UHGV virus genome: UHGV-1368191
Source of the DNA: a virus
Strand: one strand, 5' to 3'
DNA: 64,000 bases
In this document: positions 35,114 through 45,100 of the stretch, piece by piece
Layout of the letters: each line of letters opens with the position of its first letter
Position numbering within the stretch: position 1 is the first letter of the stretch
Notes under the pieces: model-generated
What the model saw: the letters and a program-made list of their open reading frames with translations, nothing else
What the model was told of the DNA's origin: nothing
The model's database searches: none
Made by a program: the position numbers and the translations under genes

Positions 35114-38100
35114 ATGGCAAATGCATGTGTATTTACCCCTAAAAAGGGGATTAAGACTTTCCAAAAATTAAAAAATGAATTTGGGTATGATGAAGCTTGG
35201 AAGATTTATGGCATAGCCATGAATCCCAAGTTCCAGAATGATTATAAGGACTCTCTCAGCTTTGATGCTGAGGGAGTTCCTTTCTTTGATTCTCTTATCC
35301 AGAATAACTATATAATGAAGGTAGCTGGAAGTAATATAAGAAAGTACCTAGGAAAAAATTTACCTAAAAGGGATGATTCAATAGAGAATTTTAACTTAAC
35401 TCTAGAGGATGCTAAAACTTTCAATGACAGGAGTCCCTATAATAAAAATTTTGTGGCTGTAGTAGGATATGATGATGAAGGAAGAATAGCTATACAGTTA
35501 CTTGGCAGAACTGAAGAGAATGAGAAAAAATTTGCTAATCAGTATGCCACTTATAAACTTAATATGAGGCTTGCTGAAATATTGAAGTCTCTGGGGGTGA
35601 GTGTAGGATTACTTCAAGAAATAGAGCAGTCTTCAGGAAGAGTTGGAGTTACTGATTTCTCTGTAGCTAAGTTATTGGCAACTGATTCAATCTCCATGAT
35701 TAGAGTGGCTAATAACATGGAAGGAGCTAAAGCATTAAGTGAGGAGTTTGCCCACTTGATTATAGGAGCTATGAGGGGAAATCCATTAATACAAAGAAAT
35801 ATAAATACCCTAGCCAATGAGGATTCCTTAAGAGAAATATTAGGAGATGATTACCAAGATGTCTACGATTTCTATGAGGGTGATATGGAATTAATGGCTG
35901 AAGAGGCTTTAGGACATATTTTGCAGGAAAAACTTCTTGAGAGTGTAACCTCTAATGATATTCAAGGAAGGTTGATAAATCAAGTACAGAGGAAGTTTAA
36001 GAGAATAAAAGAATCTGAAATAGTGGATGCTATCCATGAAGCTGAATCTAGTATGAGTACAATTGCCAAGGGTATTCTAGGAGGTAATTTAACTCTTTCA
36101 AAAAAAGATATTATCAATTCCCAAAGAGATGTTCAGTTTAATGCCCTAAGTGAACAAGTAGAAAGAAATATAAAAATCCTGAAGGATGCTATTGCAGTAG
36201 AATCTAAAAGGTATAAGATTATTAGGGGTAATGAGGACTCAAAGAAGTATGCTGAAAGTATAGTAAATGCCTTAGAGCGTAATATGAACACAGATACAGC
36301 TTTAGGAGTTCTTACTTATGCAAGGGAAGCATTATCCTCCTTAAAAGTGGCAAGTAATACATTAAGCACTCTCAATACTATGTCACCTGAGGATAAGTTT
36401 AAACTTCTTATAGGCATAAAGAGCACTATTCAGTCCTATAGTCAATTCATAGATAATCTTAATGATTTAGCTCTTGATGACAAGAATGACGCTGATTACA
36501 CAAAAGACTTTGTGGTTACTGATCATAAGGGAGACAAGGAAGTAGTTAACATGAAGTCCACACTTACTGAGCTTAATTCATTATATAAGTTAATTGGGAG
36601 AGACTGGCTAAGAATAGCCCTGCCTTCATTTGCTGAATACTTGAAACCTGTATTGGGTGAGAAAATAACTATAGAAATGGGTTCCAGGAAAGGAGTTTCC
36701 ATAACTATAGAAGAGCTTCTTAAATCCTCTGAAAGTGATATTTCATACTTAGATAGATGGCTTGATAGTATGGGTAACTCCTCTGATATCTTATTAAGGG
36801 CATTTGATAAAATATATAAGAATGCCATGGATAAAGCCAGGCTCCAGAGTATAAAGGATTTTAGGAGAATACAGGCTCTTAGAATGGAAGCTGAATCCTA
36901 TGGGATTACTACCTTTGATTGGATGTTTGAAAGAGATAGAGAAGGTAATTTTACAGGTAATTATGTGAGTGAGGTAAACTCATACCAATACTATCAAGAT
37001 AGAGATAGATTTGAGGAAGAACTTAGTGAAAAATATGGTAAGAACCCAAAAGGTGATAACTTAAAAGCTAAGTTAGCTGAGAGGGAAAGATGGCATGAAG
37101 AGCATAGTGATTTAACTATTCTGGGCACTAGAATCCCCAAGGAATCAGTATATAGAAATGAGGACTTTTATAAGTTATCTGATAAGCAACAACTCATTAG
37201 GAAAAAATTTCTTGAGATAAAAACCCAAATGGATAAACAATATCCTTCTACTAGAGTATCAGAGCTTAAAGCTATTCAACTAAGAAAGGATGGAGTACAA
37301 AGGTTTATTGATTCAGGAAAAGACCCTTCTACTATATTCTCTAATATAAAGGAACATTTAGCTGATGAATTCTTGGAAAGAACTGATGATGATACAATAT
37401 TTGGAGGAAGAACTGGCCTTACTGATTTTGCGGGAAAGGAATTTATGACCTTACCTGTATTATATACCAATAGATTAGAGAATCCCAATGAATTGAGCAC
37501 TGATATATTTGGGTCATTGATGGCTTATACAGCTGCTTCAAATAACTACAGGGAAATGGATAGAATCATTGACCCCCTAGAGACTGGAAGAACCCTGATT
37601 AAGGAAAACAGAAAGGTTAAAACAACTAGAGGAGGGATGAACCTAGTGGAGAAGTTTAAGGCATTAGGAAAAAATTTTCAGAATGAGGCTATTGAGAGTG
37701 GAGGCTCTTATATAGAAGATAGACTTGATGACTTCTTTGCCTCCCAAATATATCATAAGTACTTGGAAGATTCAGGAATCTGGGAAGTATTTGGTAAAAA
37801 AATAAATAAAAATAAGGTTGTTTCAGCTTTAATGAAAGGGTCATCAATGGCTCAATTAGGGTTCAACTATTTAACTAATCTAGCCAATGTGACTACAGGT
37901 GTAGCTATGCAGAATATAGAAGCCGCTGCTGGAGAGTTCTTTAATGCTAAAGAGCTTGCTAAGGCTGACTCTATATATGTTAAACTGATTCCTGGTAATA
38001 TAGCAGAGTTCAATAGTAGAACAAAAACCAATAGACTTTCACTGTTTAATGAGCTGTTTAATATAAGACAAGACTTTGATGATGTCTCACACCATGTGAT

Positions 38101-39073
38101 GAGAAAGAGTGCATTGGCTAGGATATTTTCATCTGAAATAGCATATATTGGACAGGGAGCTGGAGACCATTGGCTATACATGAGAACAGCTATAGCTATG
38201 GCTTTAAGAGAGAGAGTGAATGTTCCTGGGAAGGGAGAAATGTCATTATGGGAAGCTCTCCAGATAGAAGATACATTTGATGGCAATGATAAGATAAAAG
38301 AAATGAAACTCCCTGAGGGAACTACTGGAGCTGATGGTAAACCATTTGATATTGGTAAATTTGGAAGAAAAATAGCTCATGTTAACCAGTCATTATTTGG
38401 TATTTATAATACTGAGGATAGAAATGCTGCACAGAGAGTTATTATGGGTAGGCTATTACTGCAATATAGGAATTGGATGAAACCCCAATTCAATAGAAGA
38501 TTTCAAAGAGGTCAATTTAACCTTGATACACAGAGCTGGGAAGAAGGTTATTATAGAACCTCTTATAGAATCCTAAGGGGGTTAATAAGGGGACAATATC
38601 AGCTAGGAGCTGTGTGGCAAGAACTTAAACCTGAAGAAAGGGCTAATGTTAAAAGAGCTATAACTGAAATGCTTCAATTATGTATAGTAGTACTCTTGGC
38701 TGAATTTATTAAGTGGCCTGATGATAAGGATAGACCTTGGGCAATTAAATTAGCTGAATATACATCTAGGAGACTTGAACATGAATTGGGAACTCTAGCA
38801 CCTTCCCCAATGATGCTTCAAGAGATGCTTAAGACTGTTAAATCCCCAGCTGCTGTTATAACACAAGTGCAAAACCTTATCAATTTATTCTCAAGTCTTA
38901 CTGACCCAAGAGATTGGAATGATGAAATAGAATCAGGTAAATATAAAGGAATGAGTACTTTAGAGAAGAATCTACTTAAATCTGGGCTACCAGGCTTTGC
39001 GCAGTTTAGGCAACTAGATAGATTGATATATGACATGGATAACTCCATTAATTATTATGCTAGACCATATTAA
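35114..39073 (+). CDS. giant virion protein (1319 aa), probably co-ejected partner of the virion RNAP
   Basis: Immediately follows the RNAP gene (the stop at 35110-35112 is separated from the ATG at 35114 by a single nucleotide). No catalytic motif recognised. Confidence 0.35.
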   Translation: MANACVFTPKKGIKTFQKLKNEFGYDEAWKIYGIAMNPKFQNDYKDSLSFDAEGVPFFDSLIQNNYIMKVAGSNIRKYLGKNLPKRDDSIENFNLTLEDAKTFNDRSPYNKNFVAVVGYDDEGRIAIQLLGRTEENEKKFANQYATYKLNMRLAEILKSLGVSVGLLQEIEQSSGRVGVTDFSVAKLLATDSISMIRVANNMEGAKALSEEFAHLIIGAMRGNPLIQRNINTLANEDSLREILGDDYQDVYDFYEGDMELMAEEALGHILQEKLLESVTSNDIQGRLINQVQRKFKRIKESEIVDAIHEAESSMSTIAKGILGGNLTLSKKDIINSQRDVQFNALSEQVERNIKILKDAIAVESKRYKIIRGNEDSKKYAESIVNALERNMNTDTALGVLTYAREALSSLKVASNTLSTLNTMSPEDKFKLLIGIKSTIQSYSQFIDNLNDLALDDKNDADYTKDFVVTDHKGDKEVVNMKSTLTELNSLYKLIGRDWLRIALPSFAEYLKPVLGEKITIEMGSRKGVSITIEELLKSSESDISYLDRWLDSMGNSSDILLRAFDKIYKNAMDKARLQSIKDFRRIQALRMEAESYGITTFDWMFERDREGNFTGNYVSEVNSYQYYQDRDRFEEELSEKYGKNPKGDNLKAKLAERERWHEEHSDLTILGTRIPKESVYRNEDFYKLSDKQQLIRKKFLEIKTQMDKQYPSTRVSELKAIQLRKDGVQRFIDSGKDPSTIFSNIKEHLADEFLERTDDDTIFGGRTGLTDFAGKEFMTLPVLYTNRLENPNELSTDIFGSLMAYTAASNNYREMDRIIDPLETGRTLIKENRKVKTTRGGMNLVEKFKALGKNFQNEAIESGGSYIEDRLDDFFASQIYHKYLEDSGIWEVFGKKINKNKVVSALMKGSSMAQLGFNYLTNLANVTTGVAMQNIEAAAGEFFNAKELAKADSIYVKLIPGNIAEFNSRTKTNRLSLFNELFNIRQDFDDVSHHVMRKSALARIFSSEIAYIGQGAGDHWLYMRTAIAMALRERVNVPGKGEMSLWEALQIEDTFDGNDKIKEMKLPEGTTGADGKPFDIGKFGRKIAHVNQSLFGIYNTEDRNAAQRVIMGRLLLQYRNWMKPQFNRRFQRGQFNLDTQSWEEGYYRTSYRILRGLIRGQYQLGAVWQELKPEERANVKRAITEMLQLCIVVLLAEFIKWPDDKDRPWAIKLAEYTSRRLEHELGTLAPSPMMLQEMLKTVKSPAAVITQVQNLINLFSSLTDPRDWNDEIESGKYKGMSTLEKNLLKSGLPGFAQFRQLDRLIYDMDNSINYYARPY

Positions 39074-39080
39074 AACAAAA

Positions 39081-39110
39081 TAGGGAACCTAAATGGTTCC
39101 CTATTTTTTT
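39081..39110. terminator. bidirectional intrinsic terminator at the convergence point of the two arms
   Basis: Hairpin tagggaacc-taaa-tggttcccta flanked by aaaacaaaa upstream and ttttttt downstream. It lies between the stop at 39073 (+) and the stop at 39127 (-). Confidence 0.65.
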
Positions 39111-39126
39111 ACTATTTATCAGTTCT

Positions 39127-42100
39127 CTAGTACATACAATGGAATAAGATTTCTTTTTCAAGAATAGTCATATTACTGTATTCTTTTGGAGATATCTTTC
39201 TTTCAGATAAATAATCTTTCTGTTCTTTAGATAGTTTATTATAAGAAAGTTTAATCTCATGATATTGTTTTATCTCTATGGTGTCTATAGCTTCTGTGTT
39301 AACATCTCTGTCAATATATTTCCCTTTTAATATATCAGTATAAACTCTGTCAAGATAGAACCAATTACTATTAAAATGATTTAATAGTGCTTTTAATCTA
39401 GACCATAGATTCTTCAGTCTGCCTACAAAAGTCTCTTCATTCTGCATATATCTTCTAAAGTCTTCAGCCATTCTTTCTTCTAGCTCTATAGGACTCAAAT
39501 TACCCCATTGCCTTTTAGCTGATTTAAAGGCATTCTCAAGCTCTTGGTCAGTCATTAGAGTATTGAATACAAAATGGAAGGCCTCATGATAAGCAGTTCC
39601 TCTAGCCGCGTTTTTATAGAGTGTTATAGCTCCATCTTTAAATTGTCCCCAAGCTTTTCCTCCAGGAATTTTTATTAGAGTACCTACTATTCTGATTCTA
39701 TCTTCTTCACTTAATTGAGGAAGTAACTCCCCTATCACCTCTAATTCCCTACCTATTAGAGATTCACTCTCTCCAATGTACTTTCTATATCTAATATCAT
39801 TATCAGTTCTAGAGAATGTTCCAATATTATCTGTAGCTGATTTAATTTGGTTAGGATTAAATACTACTAATTCTACACCATTCTTACCTCTTATATCATT
39901 CATGTTAAAAGCACTTCTAAAAACATTCATATTAGAAAATCCTATAGCACCATCATTGTTAGAAGTACTATGTTTATCTATGCCCTTTCTTGTGTAAATA
40001 TCTCCAGATTTATATCCAGAAGGTTTATCAACAATAACAGGATTTTTAATATTAAGATATACAGGTATATCGTGAGATTGTGAAAGTTTTTCTACAATTT
40101 TTCCTACTATAGTAGAATTATCTCTCCAAGGTTTAAACCACAATCCTTCTCCTCTTTTAGATTTATTTAAATCAAAAGTACTAAAATCAGCTCTTGTACT
40201 ATGATAAACAACTAAAGGTTCACCATTTTCATCTACTACTTTTGATACATTTCTATCTCCACTGTTTATATCGTCTGCTTGTGGTAATTTATCGTTAAGT
40301 ATTCTATAAGTAGTGTGATTCCAATGTCCTACTTTAGGTTTTTCAGATACCACCTCAGCAATTCCATCTTTAACTAAAGATTTCCATAAAGCATCTTCGG
40401 CATCAGAATTAGATCTATCAGAATATAAAATTTTACCTTCTGATTTGGCAATATTAGCAAGAGCTAAATGAGCTTTTTTTCCATATCCTTTTCCTCTATA
40501 TTCTTCTTCTATTTCTGTGGCAGCTCCTATAGATCCTCCCATTCTAATTTTATCTTTAGTTTCAATAACAGGAATTTCTCCTATATATTTATCACCTAAA
40601 AATATAACTCTTTTACCTCCATCAGGAGCCATATCAGCATCAAATAATGCTTCACTTACAGTAACTCCTTGGTATGTAGCAGATGTAATACTATTAGGAA
40701 TATCTTGACTTTCTCTAAATCTAGAAGAACGGGCAACTCTCTCCCAATTACCAAACCATTTCTTAAATGCTTTAGTTCTCACTTGAGCATATTGTTTAGG
40801 TGTAAGGTTTGATGGTCTACTATTAGGAGCTAGGAGTCTACCTTGAAAATCTCTAGGGGCTTTATCTAGAATAGATTGTTCTTCCTTAGTTAGATTAGAA
40901 GTGCTAACTTCTCTATTCTTAGGTCTAAGTTGTTCAGCAACAAGGTTATTCAGTTCCTCATCAGACATATTAGGGATAATCTTAGCATCTAAGTACTGAG
41001 CAAGGGTTTTCAGTATAGGAGTTTTTAGTTTACTGAGACCTTGTATATTATCATCATTTAGTCTGTCTATTCTTGCTTGCCATTTTTTAGGCTTGAAAAC
41101 AGCTTTCTTTTTTAAGGTTTCCCTAATAGAAGCTACATCTTGCCTAGGCTCTGAAGTATCAGGTTTATTTTCCTCAGCTTGAGTACTTTGTTCAGAAGGT
41201 TGAGGAGTCGCTTTCTTAAAGTAGTTATCTACATCTATAATAGGTAATGCTATATTAGGTACTTTATTTACTCCTATAACAGTATCATCATTTCCATAAA
41301 CAATGGTAAAGGGAACTATAGCTACACCTTCAGTCTTTTTACCAAACCTATCATATAGTAGCTTAGCATAGGAAGATACTTGATAGGTATGGTACTCTTT
41401 AGTGGACATTGTTTGCCCCCAAGCAGAATTCACTCCTTCATAGCGAAATCCAGCAAAAGGACCCACAGAAGTCTTTACATCATAAATATAGTAGTTGCCC
41501 TTATTATCTATGAACAGTAAATCAACTTCTCCCGCTATTCTTCTCCCATCCAGATATTTTTGATAGAGAACTATATTATTGGCAAATACTGACCACTTAT
41601 GATCATTTAACCACTTATCTAAGGACTTAAGATACTCTATGATACTATTATAGGCCTTATCTGACATAAAATCAGGCTTAGTGGTCTTTCCTGTATTAAA
41701 GAAGTCTCTTACTATAGTATCAACAGCACTCCCAGTTCTTAGTGCTCTTTGGCTGTTAGCAGTACCAGTATTATTTGAATTAGAAGGAAGTACATTATGC
41801 ACCCTTTGGTACTTATGATACTTGCCATCACTCTCTTTTATATAGTAATAGTTACTATCAGTTCTATTCCTATCTATATTTGATTGATCTGGTATTATAG
41901 TACTTCTTACAAAGTTTCTCTCCCTACTGGCTTTTACCTCATCTTCAGCTTCCTTTGGAGCATCTTGGATAGATTTAGCTCCTTCCTTTTTCCCTTTTAT
42001 TATGGGGTCTATGGTATAGAAATCATTAACTGTATGCAGGGTCCACTTTTCAAGATTGGTTGTAGCTAATTCACCTATAAGACTATTATAATCTTGCCCA

Positions 42101-45100
42101 TTGAATTGAGTGTTGATATACTTTCTGGATATCTGGAAAGGTATATTAAGTCCTCCTAAAGCCTTAACTATATCAGTGGATATATCCTCATTCTGTATAA
42201 CAGTTCCTCTATAAATAGTAGACCAAGCAGTATCTGTAGAGGAGACTTTTACCCTGAAGTTTACCTGATAATTATTGCCTACCTCTTTTACATCCAAAAA
42301 GATATCACTAACAGCAAGTAGATCCTTAAGTCCTCTTTTCCACTCTTTCTGTGCCTCTTCAGTAAGTAGACTTTTAGGGTCATTCAATTTTTGTAGATGG
42401 GCTACTATTATCTTATATAGACTAGAAGAGGCTACATCACTACTGAAAGTAGGCATAGTAAAGGGAACAGGTACCCACCTTCTTCTTGGGTCAGAAGTTT
42501 CTATAAGTAAATAAGGCTGCCCTGCCAATGCACTCTCAGGACTTACTATTGATTGGTCATCTTCTGTTCTTCCTTGAGACCTTCTTCTTCCAGGGGTCAT
42601 TATCATCTTGGCATCAGGGGAGGAAGTCAATGCTATTCCAAGCTTGAAAGGTACTCCATGAGCTATTTCATTAAGAGTACTCCTTTCATTCTTAGCAGAG
42701 TATAAAGGCCTTCCTATATAGGGTCTACTGATAGTTGACTCAGCATTGGGATAAATAACTAAATCTCCATCCACTTTTTCCCTATTCTCATTATAGTAAG
42801 TGATAACTTCATTATAAAATTCAGCCAACCCTGTGTAGCTCCCAAATGTAGCTGTGTCACTAGGATTAGGTAAGTCAAATAGGATATTACCATCCTCATT
42901 TACCACTAAGAGAACAGGTACTCTCTCTTTTGAGTTTGCATAAATCTTATCAGAAAGACTTTTTGAGATAGCGAATCTTACCTTTTGTCCTACTTTTATT
43001 TCATTATTTCTTATTCTTGTGAACACTCCAGAAGTTCTAAGAAAATCATAGATAGTCTTGAGAATAGCTTGCTTCTTTTTATCCTTTACTTGCTCATAAT
43101 AAGGGTCATTATTCTCTGTATTCCTATGAATAGGATATTCAGTAGTACCACTTTTCCAATAACTCTTATCCTGCATTTGAGTATCACTTATTTGAGTGTT
43201 TTGGCTAGCGGCTACTAAATCAATGTTTGTGGTATTTGGGGTAGGAGTTTCCACTTCTTCTCCAGTATCCTTTTCTTCTTTAGTATTACCCTCCTTATTA
43301 ACTGTGGGAGGAGCTTCAACTGGGTCTTTGCTTTTAGTACTATCCAGAGTTCTTACTACTTCTGGAGCACCATTTCCCTTTTCAGGTAGGTTCTTCAGTC
43401 TCTCTAGATCCTCTACTACTTCCTTAGTTATCTCAGATAGTACATTTTTGATTTCATCAAGTCTTTGTTGTCTTGATTCATTATATGCTTTTTTTGCCTT
43501 CTCTATATCCTCAGGAGTACTATTTGGATCATTCATTACACTAAGTAATTGTTGTTCATCAACTGTAGGAAGAAGAGAATCTGGGTCATTAAATGCTTCA
43601 GTATCAAGGTCAATTATATCAGAAGCTACTTCAGCAGATGACGTAGCTCTGTCTAGCATTGCATCTATAGAGGAGAGTATATCATCATCAATAACACGCT
43701 CTTTAGCTTTCTCTTTTGCTGTATCTCTAGTTTTCTTGATATCTCTAGCTGTGTTTACCTTCTGTTTTCTATCTATTTCTTTTTTCCTTTCAGGATCAAG
43801 ATTTTCTTGTTCAGCATCAGTTAAATCTTCACTTGTAAAGTCAAATTCACTAGCATCTAAGTCCACTTTTCCATTATCAGAATCCTCAACAAGTTCCTGT
43901 ACTGATTTATTATCTACATTAGAATTTTCAACCTCTTGTTGGGACTCCTGTTCAGCTTTTTTCCTAGCCTCATCTACTCTCCCAGGCTCTTTCATATATT
44001 TAGCGAAAGTAATCCCAAATTCTCGTGAATCATTAAGAAGACTAATAGCATCTAGAATATCATTCTCAAATCCTAGGTTACGGTTAATAAGTTCATCAAC
44101 GTTTTTCTTAGTGGATTCCTTATCATGCCCTAAAGCTATATCCAGTATTACATCTCTCCAGTGTTCATTAGTATTACTTGTTTCTATAGTTACAGTATTA
44201 TCCCCATTGGGTGTAATAGAAACTCCATTGCCTAATGTCTTTTGTAGGGATTCAACTGTTTCTCCCTTATCAAGAGTAATAGTAAAAGAGAGAGGAAGGA
44301 TAGCTTTATCCATTATATTATTAGCTCTTTTTCTAGCAGCTTTTCCTAAATAGTGTAAATAAGCTAGATTACCCTCCTGGTCACTGGTAAGTTTACCTCC
44401 AGAGACACTATTTACATATTGTACTGACTTAAGATATTCATTAACTCTATCCTTCAGTTTCTTTCCATTGGATTCCAGTTCTTTCCTGATTTCATCATTA
44501 CTTTTGACCCTATTCCCATGGCTATCAACAAATAATCCTATTTTCTTTTCCTCCCCGACAACATTATTAAACTCTCCCATAATTTCACCTATCTGGTTAA
44601 GAGCTTCAGTGGCTTCAGCTTCTTTACCTTCTTCAATAGCCTTCTCAGCTATCTGTTGCAAGGAAGCTACTCTTCTTTTTAAAGTATTTTTTTGATTTTC
44701 AGTATCCTGTTCCTTAGTAATAGTAACAGTATTCCTACTAACAATGTTGTCTATATCCTCATCAGTTAAGTTTTGAGTAGAGGCATCTATAAAAGTAAGA
44801 AAGTCATCAACAGTCCCTGATCTGACAGCTAAATCAAGATCTTGTACAAATTGCTTCTCCTCAGCGTCTTTATACTGTTTTATATCATCATTTGCCACTC
44901 CCTCATCCATATCAGTTTGAAAATATGAATGAGCTACAGCACTGTCAAATCTATTCCAAAATTTAGGATCTTTATACCTAGTATTTAGGGCTTCATTGAG
45001 CTTAGTGGCAGCATCAATCTTTTCTTTCATTTCCCTAAGGTTTTGGAAAGAACCTCCTTCCCAAGAAAAGTATCTTCTTGGGTCATATTTTCTTTTGGTT

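Noticed and set aside
43196-44353. 385-aa plus-strand ORF, Ser/Leu-rich (MFWLAATKSMFVVFGVGVSTSSP...)
   Set aside because: It lies entirely antisense to the acidic/Lys-Glu-rich middle of the 2484-aa minus-strand gene. The low-complexity Ser/Leu composition is the expected mirror of a GA-rich coding strand. No start context or motif.
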